From Octopus sinensis (taxonomy: Eukaryota): 43,666 nucleotides of DNA. Below, piece after piece: positions 1 through 11,795 of this stretch (position 1 is its first letter; every line of letters begins with the position of its first letter). Location of the stretch: positions 1-43,666 of the forward strand of contig NW_021834991.1 in the NCBI RefSeq assembly GCF_006345805.1, written 5' to 3'. Made by a program: the position numbers and the translations under genes. The notes under the pieces were generated by a model. It searched no databases and was not told the DNA's origin. It saw nothing but the letters and a program-made list of their open reading frames with translations.

Positions 1-84
1 TTATCATTGTTATTGGCATTGTTGTTGCTGATAACAATACGAGAATAGTTATTGTTTGTTTTTGTCATTGTTTTTGTCAGTTGC

Positions 85-133
85 AATTATTATTATTATT
101 ATTGCACTTAGTAGTAGTAGTAGTAGTAGTAGT

Positions 134-188
<55 letters not shown>

Positions 189-215
189 TTTTGTTGTTCT
201 TGTTGATGATGATGA
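85..215. repeat. (TTA)n/(TAG)n/(GAT)n trinucleotide microsatellite
   Basis: Direct reading; explains the poly-Y/L/I ORF 49..246. Confidence 0.95.
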
Positions 216-394
216 TGTGGTTATTGTCTTTCATCTTACTTTCCAACTTCCGCCATTATTTACTCAGCTGTGTGACTGAAACACACAAGCGATGACGTCA
301 GAGTTGTAATGGCGGTTTCCAGCCGTTATCTCACTTGAATGTCTTGTCTGTGAAGACATCAATAGATACACACATCCGCGCACGCGCATACCTT

Positions 395-518
395 AACACA
401 CACACACACACACAGACACGCACACATATACATGTGTATATGTAAGTATATATACATATATATCTATACATTATATATATACATACACACATAATTTCAT
501 TTTACATGTCTATCTAAG

Positions 519-572
<54 letters not shown>

Positions 573-1545
573 GAGAGACAGAGATAGATAGATAGACAGA
601 CAGATAGATAGATAGATAGATACATATATATGGGTGCGTGTATGCATATATTATATGTATACATGTGTGTGTGTGTGTGCGTGTGTGTGTGTGTGCGTGG
701 GCATATATATATATATATATATAATATATATATAATATATATACATACATATATATGTCGTGCTATCATTCACGTGCCCCCATCCGTATACACTCTGTTT
801 CTCTCGAAGTCGTTTTTTACCTCTCTTTCATCATATTTCACTCTCTCTCTCTCTCTTCCTCTCTCTCCTGCCTCTCTTCCTCTCTCTCTCTCCCTCTCTC
901 TCTTTCTCTATCTATATATCTATCTATCAGTCCGTGTCACTGATTCCATCATTCTTTCACTCATTTTCACCCACAGAAACAGTTTCTATCTTCCTATCAG
1001 TCTCCCTCATATGTGTGTGTGTTTGCGTGTGTGTGTGTGATTGTGAGTGTCCGTGTGTGTGTGCGCGTGTGTTTACATACATACACATACATACATACAT
1101 GCATGCATACATACATACGTAGATACATAGATACATACATGCACGCATACATACATACCATACATACATACATATATACATACATACATACATACATACA
1201 TACATACATACATACACACATGCATACATAATACATACTACATACATCATACATACATACATACATACATACATGCACACATACATACATGCATACATGC
1301 ATACATACATACATACATACATACATACATACATACCTATACTACATACATACATACATACATACATACATACATACACCATGCATACATACATACATAC
1401 AACATACATACATACACATACATGCACCATACATACATGCATACATACTACTACATACATACATACATACATACACCATACATACATACATACATACATA
1501 CATACATACATGCATACATACATACATACAAACGATTCGAAGACT
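395..1545. repeat. Compound microsatellite block: (CA)n,(TA)n,(GA)n,(GATA)n,(CT)n,(TG)n and a long (CATA)n array
   Basis: Direct reading; all ORFs here are YIHT/MYVC-type repeat translations. Confidence 0.95.
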
Positions 1546-1761
1546 ACAGATCCAATCCATTACTGGAACTGTAAAAGTCTGTAAAACTTTGCAGAGTTTT
1601 ATCATTTAAATATATATGAGCATTTCATACATACATACATACATACATACATGGTGGTGGCTGTCCCCTCGTTATCGAGTATGGCCATTGCATGAAGCTT
1701 AATCAATGTTGTTATTGTACAATGCCTGTGCAAGAAAATTTTTTTTAAAGTGAGGAAAGGC

Positions 1762-1927
1762 TGAGTTCTGAGTTCAAATTCCGCCGAAGTCGACTTTGCC
1801 TTTCATCCTTCGGGGTCGATAAATTAAGTACCAGTTACGCACTGGGGTCGACATAATCGACTTAATCCGTTTGTCTGTCCTTGTTTGTCCCCTCTGTGTT
1901 TAGCCCCTTGTGGGAAGTAAAGAAATA
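1762..1927 (+). mobile_element. 5'-truncated SINE, family B (B-box GAGTTCAAATTCC, central GTCGACTTTGCCTTTCATCCTTTCGGGGTCGATAAATTAAGTACCAG resembling Deu/Nin-type domains)
   Basis: Near-identical to copies at 3586-3953, 9053-9280 and 20150-20370; Deu/Nin naming is from memory. Confidence 0.85.
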
Positions 1928-2284
1928 TATACATAGATATGTCGAAGAGGTTCGTTACTTTTCCTGAAGCGAATTTCCAATCCCTATGACGTTTTTTTTT
2001 GGTTATTTAATTCCTTCGCAGTGATGCTATGATGAGCGGTATTACAAGTGAAACACTTATCGTTAAGTGGATACAAAAGGGAAAGTAAATATTGAGGAAA
2101 TGATCGGAAAGGAATACACAGACAAGAAGGAAAATATCATATTATAAGATGTACATTTAAAAAAAAAAAAAACAGTTTCAAAAGATCACCCTCGTTTCTG
2201 TATCTGATGTTGGTCTTCCTATAAAATGTTTTGCACTAAAAACTCTACTTTTCAGAATATGCGCTTGGATGGTTTCTGTACCAG

Positions 2285-2729
2285 GCATAAGTCACCATCA
2301 CCGCCAAGATTCACGCCATCCACCATTTGTATCTCACTGACCTCGACTTTGCAAGTAACATCCCATTGGTCTCACATACAATCACAAATGCTCAACCACT
2401 CTTCACAAACCTGATGTCGGTTGCCATTGAAGTTGGTTTCATAATAAACCTTATTTTTATTGATGAAAACGCTGGTGTGAGTGATCTTACACTTCCGTTG
2501 GGACCCACTGGGTCCGCTGCCGATTTCTGCTACCTTGGCTCTCGTATTCGCTCTACCACAACAGTCACCTGACATAAAACTACGCCTGTTTTGTGCTACA
2601 GTAGAATCTATTCTGCTCAAAGACTCTGAATGTTGGACTCTTATGGTGGCGCAACAGCTAACATTTCACAACATTCGACCTCTGCGCAAGACCTTTAATA
2701 TCTCCTATGCCGACCATGTTCTCTCATAA
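2285..2729 (+). pseudogene. Decayed RTE-clade LINE ORF fragment (RT C-terminal half)
   Basis: YLTDLDFASNIPLVSHTITNAQ (degenerate LDFADD), DFCYLGS, then IKLRLFCATVESILLKDSECWTL...NISYADHV, matching the RTE-type thumb region; frameshifted. Confidence 0.75.
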
Positions 2730-2792
2730 AGAAGATGTTTACGTCTATTTTGACAGAAAAAAATTATGAACTCAAATATTTGTTCGAAATAA

Positions 2793-3108
2793 CTGGTACT
2801 CCGTCGGTTGCGACGACGAGCTTTCCACTTAATCCGATCAACGGAACGGCCTTGTTCGTGAAATTAAGATACAAGTAGATGAACATTCCACAAACACGCA
2901 TACCCTTACGGTAGTTCTCAGGGAGATTGAGTGTGACAAGGCTGACCCCTTTGTAATTAAAGGTACAACTTATTTATGGCGGCTGATTGGACTGGAGCAA
3001 CGAGGAACAAAATATCTTGATTAAGAACGCAACGCATCGCCGGAAATCGAACTCATGACCTCACGATCAAGAGCCGAAAATCCCAACCACTTAGCTACGC
3101 GCCTTCAC
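2793..3108 (-). mobile_element. tRNA-derived SINE: GTGAAGGCGC head with the same 3' tail as family D
   Basis: Head resembles 13389; tail (GAGAACTAC..AAGGGTA..AATTTCACGA..GTCGCAACCGACGGAGT) matches 6075-6200. Confidence 0.7.
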
Positions 3109-3585
3109 TCCCCTTCAAAATATTAACTGCGGGACTCACTTTTAATTTCTAATAAAATCATTTCTATAAAACATCAAGCAATCCGTCTCTCCAATATAAG
3201 TTTTCCAATATCTTTGTTTATTCCACAGTGGCACACAACCATTACAATGCCTCCCTTCCTTTGCACATATCTTCAGCGGCACATCAGCGACTATTAACTG
3301 TGCCTTTCTATTGTTACCCTCTTTAGCGTCACACCACCACAACTGTACCTAGCGACTGCGAGTCAATGAAGGAGTCTCTACGTGGTCGCTCGACCTACAA
3401 GAAGGGGCAGCGAAATCTCAGTCACATCGAGCCCTATTTTAAAAAAGGAAAGGGTACTTGAACAATGTATTACCTGATTAAAAAACTACAGGATAGTCAC
3501 CGTTGGAACGCTTGATCAGAACTACCTATAGCCATATCACAAAAAACGACAATCGCCTCTGTACTTCATCAAGGTTCATGTACCT

Positions 3586-3953
3586 ATTTCTTTACTACCC
3601 ACAAGGGGGACAAACAGAGAGGACAAACAAGGACAGTCAAACGGATTAAGTCGATTATAACGACCCCAGTGTGTAACTGGTACTTATTTAATCGAATTCG
3701 AAAGGATGAAAGGCAAAGTCGACCTCGGCGGAATTTTGAACTCAAAACGTAGCGGCAGACGAAATGCCTATTTCTATTTCTTTACTACCCACAAGCGGCT
3801 AAACACAGAGGGGACAAACAAGGACAGACAAACGGATTAAGTCGATTATATCGACCCTAGTGCGTAACTGGTACTTATGTAATCGATCCCGAAAGGATGA
3901 AAGGCAAAGTCGACCTCGGCGGAATATGAACTCAGAACGTAGCGGCAGACGAA
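3586..3953 (-). mobile_element. Head-to-tail dimer of 5'-truncated family B SINEs within one 14-bp direct repeat (AGGTTCATGTACCT at 3572-3585 and 3957-3970)
   Basis: Two ~180-bp copies (3586-3766, 3772-3953), both stopping at GCAGACGAA; exact flanking 14-mer. Confidence 0.85.
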
Positions 3954-4659
3954 TCTAGGTTCATGTACCTTCACACGATAGCGACAACGACGAGGCCTCA
4001 GATCGATCCTTGATCCATGCAAACTGCTTGTTATGCTGTCTGCTGACAAACTCCATCTGTGACCTTCAACAGACGTGATGAAATTTGATTATTTAAAAAA
4101 ATGCAATAGGTACGGGCGTCGTTTGCCCTCAACCGCCCACCGGGGGCCAGAAGGCACGGGTTCAAATATGTTCTTTGCAGCGATTTGGAAATAAATCAAG
4201 GCAAAGATTTCGATGGATTTCAAGATAAACGGTATTTCCTGCGCTGACAACAACTGCGCCTGATATTGTGCATTTCGAGCAGATGTTGCACAGCAATACA
4301 TACCCTGTGGTGTAGAAATATAGAGTGCTGGGTAGGGGAGGAGGAGGAGGAAGAAGACGACGAAGAGGGGGTAATGTATGCAGAGAGGGCGGGACGGGAT
4401 CGAGAATGAGTGTATGATGTATATAGGTGTTGCAGGTTGTGGGTGAGTGGGTGGGTTTGCAACGTGTGAAGTATGTGTAATGTCTGCTGTGTGTATGTGT
4501 GCAACACACGCACACACACACACACACACACACAAGCAAATATACATCTGTGTGGACTCTATATATGTATATGGGTAACTGTGTGTGTGTGTGTTTGTCA
4601 GGTAAATAAATATGTAAATCTGTATACAAACATTCATATCCCAGGTGTATTTACATACA

Positions 4660-4694
<35 letters not shown>

Positions 4695-4718
4695 GTCTAT
4701 ATATATATATATATTCAT

Positions 4719-5117
4719 AGGCGCAGGAGTGTCTGTCTGGTAAGTAGCTTGCTTACCAACCACATGGTTCCGGGTTCAGTCCCACTGCGTGGCATCTTGG
4801 GCAAGTGTCTTCTACTATAACCTCGGGCCGACCACGCCTTGTGAGTGGATTTGGTAGACGGAAACTGAAAGAAGCCTGTCGTATATATGTATATATATAT
4901 ATGTGTTTGTGTGTCTGTGTTTGTCCCCCTAGCGTTGCTTGACAACCGATGTTGGTGTGTTTACGTCCCCGTCACTTAGCGGTTCGGCAAAAAGAGACCG
5001 ATAGAATAAGTACTGGGCTTACAAAGAATAAGTCCCGGGGTCGATTTGCTCGACTAAAGGCGGTGCTCCAGCATGGCCGCAGTCAAATGACTGAAACAAG
5101 TAAAAGAGGAAAAGAGT
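4719..5117 (+). mobile_element. Composite SINE A+C: tRNA-like head (GGCGCAGGAGTGGCTGTGTGG...GGTTCAGTCCC, CTTGGGCAAGT), internal TA/TG microsatellite, 3' body ending in (TAAAAGAG)n
   Basis: Same architecture at 6465, 12039, 23418 and 27822. Confidence 0.9.
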
Positions 5118-5157
5118 ATATATATATATATGAATCTATGTATGTATTAGTGTGTAT

Positions 5158-5352
5158 GTGTTTGTCCCCCCCTCCCCACTGTCGCTTGTCAACTGATGTT
5201 GGTGTGTTTACGTCCTCGTAACTTAGCGGTTCGGCAAAACTGAGCAATAGAATAAGTACTAGGCTCACAAAGAATAAGTCCTGGGGTCGATTTGTTCGAC
5301 TAAAAGTGATACTCCAGTATGGCCGCTGTCAAATGACTGAAGCAAATAAAAG

Positions 5353-5354
<2 letters not shown>
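5158..5354 (+). mobile_element. SINE 3' body (C module) without head
   Basis: Homologous to 4915-5117. Confidence 0.85.
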
Positions 5355-5398
<44 letters not shown>

Positions 5399-5399
5399 T

Positions 5400-5709
5400 A
5401 TCACCGTGATCACCGTGATTGACCAGGCTATCAGATATTACTACACATCGCTGCTCACAATGCACGCCGCATTGTTTTAGCCTTCAAGTGACGCCACCCC
5501 GCTCGCTAAGCGAGCAGCCCAACAGAAGAAAGAGTGAGAGAAAGTTGCGGTGAAAGAGTACAGCAGGGATCGCCACCACCCCCTGCCGGAGCCGCGTGGA
5601 GCTTTTAGGTGTTTTCGATCAGTAAACACTCAAAACGCCCGGTCTGGGAATCGAAACCGCGATCCTACGACCGCGAGTCCGCTGCCCTAACCACCGGACC
5701 ATTGCGCCT
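5400..5709 (-). mobile_element. tRNA-derived SINE: family D head with alternative tail F ending GTGATCACGGTGATA
   Basis: Head is the reverse complement of 5823-5960; tail matches 38958-39082. Confidence 0.85.
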
Positions 5710-5822
5710 CCACACACACACTGAAATACACACACACACAAACACACACACATATATATATATTTATATATATCCATGCGTATATATAAACGTGTGCGTG
5801 TATATATGTATATATGTATAGA

Positions 5823-6202
5823 AGGCGCAATGGCCCAGTGGTTAGGGCAGCGGACTCGCGGTCATAGGATCGCGGTTTCGATTCCCAGACCGGGCGTTGT
5901 GAGTGTTTATTGAGCGAAAACACCTAAAAGCTCCACGAGGCTCCGGCAGGGGATGGTGGTGAGCCCTGCTGTGCTCTTTCACCACAACTTTCTGTCACTC
6001 TTACTTCCTGTTTCTGTTGTACCTGCATTTCAAGGGGCCGGCCTTGTCACTCTCTGTGTCACGCTGAATATCCCCGAGAACTACGTTAAGGGTACACGTG
6101 TCTGTGGAGTGCTCAGCCACTTACACGTTAATTTCACGAGCAGGCTGTTCCGTTGATCGGATCAACCGGAACCCTCATCGTCGTAACCGACGGAGTGCTT
6201 CC
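5823..6202 (+). mobile_element. Full-length tRNA-derived SINE, family D
   Basis: A-box TGGCCCAGTGG and B-box GTTTCGATTCC; second copy at 19685-20084. Confidence 0.9.
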
Positions 6203-6464
6203 ATCCACATATATGTATGCATATAGACAGATTTGCATATATACGTGTATGCTTGTAACTCTGTGTATGTGTGTGTGTGCATATATATATACATATCTGT
6301 GTGTGTGTGTGTGTTATATGAATGCATACTGAATTATCCAGATACACACGCACACATACATGCATACACACAAACACACTCCTTCGCGCCTACACATGTT
6401 TCGTACATAGATGAGAAAGCTATATATTTCAATACTTCCGTTGGTGCCCGCGTGTTTGTATATA

Positions 6465-6887
6465 TACTCTTTTTACTCTTTACTCTTTTACTCGTTTCAA
6501 TCATTTGACTGTGGCCATGCTGGAGCACCGCCTTTAATCGAGCAACTCGACCCCGGGACTTTTTGTTTGTAAGCCCAGTACTTATTCTATCGGTCTCTTT
6601 TGTCGAACCGCTAAGTGACGGAGACGTAAACACACCAGCATCGGTTGTCAAGCAATGCTAGGGGGACAAACACAGACACACAAACATATATACACACACT
6701 TATATATATATATACATATAATACAACAGGCTTCTTTCAGTTTCCGTCTACCAAATCCACTCACAGGGCATTGGTTGGCCCGGGGCTATAGCAGAAGACA
6801 CTTGCCCAAGGTGCCACGCAGTGGGACTGAACCCAGAACCATGTGGTTGGTAGACAAGCTACTTACCACACAGCCACTCCTGCGCCT
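6465..6887 (-). mobile_element. Composite SINE A+C
   Basis: Reverse-complement homologue of 4719-5117. Confidence 0.9.
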
Positions 6888-7129
6888 ATATATATATATA
6901 TATACTTATGTCCGTGCAAAGATTTGTGTGTGCGTATGTGTCTGGCATACATGAATACACTGGTATGCATTAACATATATTTGTACATACGTTGTCATAC
7001 ACGCATACACACATATATATATGTGTGTGCATGTATATTATATATGCATGTATGTATATGTGCATATATATATATATATTATATATACACACACATACAT
7101 GGGTATAGATAGATCAACAGATAAATGGA

Positions 7130-7145
7130 CAGGCAATAGAAAGGC

Positions 7146-7178
<33 letters not shown>

Positions 7179-7359
7179 TAGATAGAGATAGATAGATAGA
7201 TAGATGGATAGACAGATGGATAGATAGATAGATAGATAGATAGATAGACAGATAGACAGATAGACAGATAGATAGATAGATAGATAGACAGATAGACAGA
7301 TAGACAGATAGATAGATAGATAGACAGATAGACAGATAGATAGATAGATAGATAGGTAG

Positions 7360-7390
<31 letters not shown>

Positions 7391-7510
7391 GATAGATAGA
7401 TAGAGATATATAGATACGTACATACACAAATGAAAACGCTCATTAAACACACACACAAACACAAACACACACACTCACACACACGCATGCACACACACAC
7501 ACACATACAT
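7130..7510. repeat. (GACA)n/(GATA)n/(CA)n microsatellite
   Basis: Direct reading. Confidence 0.95.
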
Positions 7511-7804
7511 CACAGTTAACAGCTGTGACGACAGAGCCTATTGAAATCTCTTTCAGACGGCTGTATAACGGCTGTCAACAGAAAGGTGTCAGGATCGATT
7601 CTCACTGTAGGGTGTCTGTTGACTGACCAAGAAAACATTGACACATTGACAAATATTATAAGCTAGCGCTCCAAGACATCGACAATGCCTGCAGGTGATA
7701 AATGGCGTTGATGCCGATGAAAAGACACCAATATTTATCATGTCTCAGCCATTGTTTCAGTTGCTATTGTTGCGAATTGACTGCTGCAGAGAATATAAGA
7801 ACAG

Positions 7805-8806
7805 CTTGGCGGCTTTCTTGCTCGGCAGCTCTCTTGCTCGGCGACCCTCTCGCTCGACGGCTCTCTCGCTCGACGGCTCGCTTGCTCGGCGGCTCTCTCG
7901 CTCGGCGGCTCTCTCACTCGACGACTCGGTTGCTCGGCGGCTCCATCGCTCGACGGCTCGCTTGCTTAGCGGCTCTCTCACTCGACGCTTCTCTCACTCG
8001 ACGGCTCGCTTGCTTGGCGGCTCTCTCACTCGACGCTTCTCTCGCTCGACGGCTCGCTTGCTTGGCGGTTCTCTCACTCGACGCTTCTCTTGCTCGACGG
8101 CTCGCTTGCTTGGCGGCTCTCTCACTCGACGCTTCTCTCGCTCGACGGCTCGCTGGCTTGGCGGCTCTCTCACTCGACGCTTCTCTCGCTCGACGGCTCG
8201 CTTGCTTGGCGGCTCTCTCACTCGACGCTACTCTCGCTCGACGGGTCGCTTGCTCGGCGGCTCTCTCGCTCGACGGCTCGCTTGCTTGGCAGCTCTCTCA
8301 CTCGACGCTTCTCTCGCTCGACGGCTCGCTTGCTTGGCAGCTCTCTCACTCGACGCTTCTTTCGCTCAACGGCTCGCTTGCTTGGCGGCTCTCTCACTCG
8401 ACGCTTCTCTTGCTCGGCGGCTCTCTCACTCGACGCTTCTCTCGCTCGACGGCTCGCTTGCTTGGCGGCTCTCTCGCTCGACGCTTCTCTCGCTCGACGG
8501 CTCGCTTGCTTGGCGGCTCTCTCACTCGACGCTTCTCTCGCTCGACGGCTCGCTTGCTTAGCGGCTCTCTCACTCGACGCTTCTCTCGCTCGACGGCTCG
8601 CTTGCTTGGCGGCTCTCTCACTCGACGCTTCTCTCGCTCGACGGCTCGCTTGCTTGGCGGCTCTCTCACTTGACGCTTCTCTCGCTCGACGGCTCGCTTG
8701 CTTGGCGGCTCTCTCACTTGACGCTTCTCTCGCTCGACGGCTCGCTTGCTTGGCGGTTCTCTCACTCGACGCTTCCCGTGCTCGGCGGCTCTCGCTCGAT
8801 GGCTCC
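7805..8806. repeat. GC/CpG-rich minisatellite: 16-bp monomers arranged as a 48-bp trimer (CTCGACGGCTCGCTTG-CTTGGCGGCTCTCTCA-CTCGACGCTTCTCTCG)
   Basis: 16-aa periodicity in the ORF track (LSHSTLLSLDGSLAWR) and direct reading. Confidence 0.95.
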
Positions 8807-9052
8807 ATCTGGCTTTTCTATCTCTTAACCTGTGCCTCTTTTAAATGCTATTCATTTTAGTATCGTTGTCTATTTCGTGTCAGTCCTGACCCAGAAGAAC
8901 TGTTGAGAAAGCCGCTCCGGCCCAGACCATTTTGCTAATCTCTCAGGCAATACTTATTGAAGGACACTCCACAACGTGTGTTTTATGAATGTTTGTGTGT
9001 TTGTGTGTGTGCGCGCGAGCGTGCATAGAAGCATTTAGTGTAGCATATATGT

Positions 9053-9280
9053 GGCGAACTGGCAGAAACGTTAGCACGCCGGGCGAAATGCGTAGCTGTA
9101 TTTCGTCTGTCGTCACGTTCCGAGTTCAAATTCCGCCGAGGTCGACTTTGCCTTTCATCCTTTCGGGGTCGATAAATTAAGTACCAGTTACACACTGGGG
9201 TCGATATAATCGACTTAATCCGTTTGTCTGACCTTGTTTGTCCCGTCTGTGTTTAGCCCCTTGTGGGTAGTAAAGAAATA
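9053..9280 (+). mobile_element. Full-length family B SINE
   Basis: Head GGCGAACTGGCAGAAACGTTAGC, B-box, central domain, tail GTAAAGAAATA. Confidence 0.9.
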
Positions 9281-9942
9281 TATATGTGGTTGCTTCTATC
9301 ACCAATAGCAGAAAACCCTTCAAATAATGCCTTGCTTTCTTAAATAGGACAGAAGGACGCATTGAAAATGTAGTCCTAGCTTTATGAAAGCCCCTTCTTC
9401 CTTCACACAGGGAAGATTTACTAGATGCATAATGAATAACAAAAATAAAATACACACAAAGTAGATGTAGTGTGCTTGCACAAACTGATTTTTATTCAGT
9501 TAGCCGTCTAATTGCAGCATCAGTGATTTTTCAATCAATGTTTTCGTTTATATGTGACAACAGGTTTTGCCTTAGCATGCAGTATTGCATCTAGTAATGC
9601 CACTATTGCAAGTGTAAGATTTTTGTCGGCTCCTGATATATATATGTGCTACTTTTACACAGTATGTTCATAAGAGATATGATATCCGGACGAATACCGC
9701 GATTAAATTGCCTTTTTTGCCGAGGTGTTTGGATTGAGTATGATACACAGGCGGTTATATATATATATATAGGAATACAAAAAAATGGGACAAGAACGCA
9801 ACTGGCGACAAGACATCCAGACAGTTAGATTATACGAAAAGGGACAAAAGAAAATTGACGGGTCATTTTGAGTTTTCTTTCGTCAGTCTAGTCCCAGATT
9901 ATCTTTGCAGATATACATGCATATATACATACATATATATAT

Positions 9943-10035
<93 letters not shown>

Positions 10036-10118
10036 AACGGTGAATGAAAGACGGAAGATGGAAGAAACGAGAATTTTTATTAATCACTACATTTGTTTCA
10101 ATACATTTAGCATCGGTC

Positions 10119-10494
10119 CAGCGCTGGATTAACCATTAAGCAAAATAGCATGTGCTTAGGGCAACAAGGGAAGGGGGCGGACACCACAGAAATGGTAAAT
10201 GGTTTACGACACAAAAGAAAATCACTTTAAACTTACTAAAATAATATTCGGGATGCCTTTATCTCTACTAAGTATCGATGCAGATGTGTTACCTAAGATT
10301 AATTTTGAGGATCTGATCAAAAACTTTGCAATTCAAAAAAGTAGGAGGAAACTTTGCAAATATAAATAAAGTGGAAGGAGACAAAAATAAACATTATTTT
10401 CCCTCTTACTGTTTTGTTTCGTTACATAATCTTTTATGGGGGTACCAACACCTTTTAAGTGCTTAGGGCCTGGATAAGTCTAAATCCTGCCCTG
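10119..10494 (+). mobile_element. Internally deleted hAT-superfamily DNA transposon (MITE-like) retaining the transposase C-terminus
   Basis: Imperfect TIRs CAGCGCTGGATTA / TAAATCCTGCCCTG; 8-bp TSD CATCGGTC vs CGTCGATC (6/8); LSLLSIDADVLPKINFEDLIKNFAIQKSRRKL resembles the hAT dimerisation domain. Confidence 0.75.
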
Positions 10495-10804
10495 CGTCGA
10501 TCCTTCACGGGTGGGGTACTTAACAACTTGATCAGGAGCATCCGACGGTGCAGGTGTGTCTCTTCGGGTGATAAGATAGACACAAATCGTTAAAATAACA
10601 GTTCCGCAATTTAGTGTCTTTTACTAGAATAGTATTGAGAGTGACTTTGAAGTTTGCGCCAGTTGAGCCAGCATCGGACTGATGATGGCCGAAGATTCGA
10701 AGTCACTGTCAGTATTATTCTTGCTAAAGAGTTATACATTTCTACTTAAGTGCTTTGAGTAATACTTCAATTTAATGAAAAATTGTCTTAATTATAACAT
10801 AAAA

Positions 10805-11280
10805 ACAAACGATACATACAAGCATACATATACATATATAGATACATACATGCATACATACATGCCTACACACATATACATATATACATACATACATACA
10901 TGCATACATGCATACATACATATATGCATACATGCATACATACATGCATGCATACATACATGCATATATGCATGCATACATACATGCATGAATATATACA
11001 TACATGCATACATACATGCATATATACGTACATATACATATATACATACATATATACATGCATACATACATGCATATATACATACATATACATACATACA
11101 TGCATACATACATGCATATATACATATATATACATATATACAAACATGGATACAGACATGCATACATACATGAATACAAATATATACATATATATCTATA
11201 TATGCATACATACAAATATATACAAACACATGAATACATACAAGCATGCATACATTCATATACAAAAATTAATGCACATG
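10805..11280. repeat. (CATA)/(CATG)/(TA) compound microsatellite
   Basis: Direct reading. Confidence 0.95.
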
Positions 11281-11377
11281 AACTGACATATTTATAGACC
11301 CCGGGCGGTGGGGGTTAAAAGCAAAGTTCAACCCTGTGGGATTGGATATCACAACGCAAAGAGCACGATGAAAGGAG

Positions 11378-11593
11378 AGCTGGCAGAAGCGTTAGCAAGC
11401 CTGGCAAAAGGCTTAGCGGTATTTCGTCCGTCTTTACGTTCTGAGTTCAAATTCTGCCGAGGTCGACTTTACCTTTCATCATTTCGGGGTCGATAAATTA
11501 AGTACCAGTTGTGTACTGGGGTCGATCTAATAGACTGCCCCCCCCCCCCTCCCGAAAAATTTCGGGCCTTCTGTCTAGAGTAGAAAAGAAATA
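11378..11593 (+). mobile_element. Family B SINE, tail variant (…CCTCCCGAAAAATTTCGGGCCTT…AGAGTAGAAAA)
   Basis: Shared head and central domain; tail matches 21010-21222. Confidence 0.85.
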
Positions 11594-11699
11594 TCTCGAA
11601 CCATTTTCTTGCGATGCGGAAACGATTCTGCCAGCTCGCTCCCCAAATGAATTTATAGATAAATGCTTCCAATTTTGGCACAAAGCCTGCAAGTTGATG

Positions 11700-11795
11700 A
11701 GGAGAAGGAGGATGATGCTGCTGCTGATAATGATGATGATGAAGAAGAAGAAGAAGAAGAAGAAGAAGAAGAAGAAGAAGAAGAAGAAGAAAATA
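11700..11795. repeat. (GAT)n/(GAA)n microsatellite
   Basis: Direct reading. Confidence 0.95.

Noticed and set aside
3142-3342. YIGET plus CNGC suggesting a GIY-YIG endonuclease
   Set aside because: Spacing is wrong, the downstream R..EH motif is missing, and it fits a decayed RTE 3' region equally well; unassignable by eye.
5823-5897. tRNA gene-like sequence (also 13389, 19685)
   Set aside because: It has A/B boxes, but the anticodon and acceptor stems do not pair, there is no poly-T terminator, and it continues into a SINE body.
7695-8860. 250-320-aa ORFs resembling RS/charged repeat proteins
   Set aside because: They are open in several frames on both strands because the 48-bp unit lacks stops; there is no coding evidence.
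10672-10715. CTGATGA followed by CGAAGTC
   Set aside because: No GAAA and no convincing stem II.
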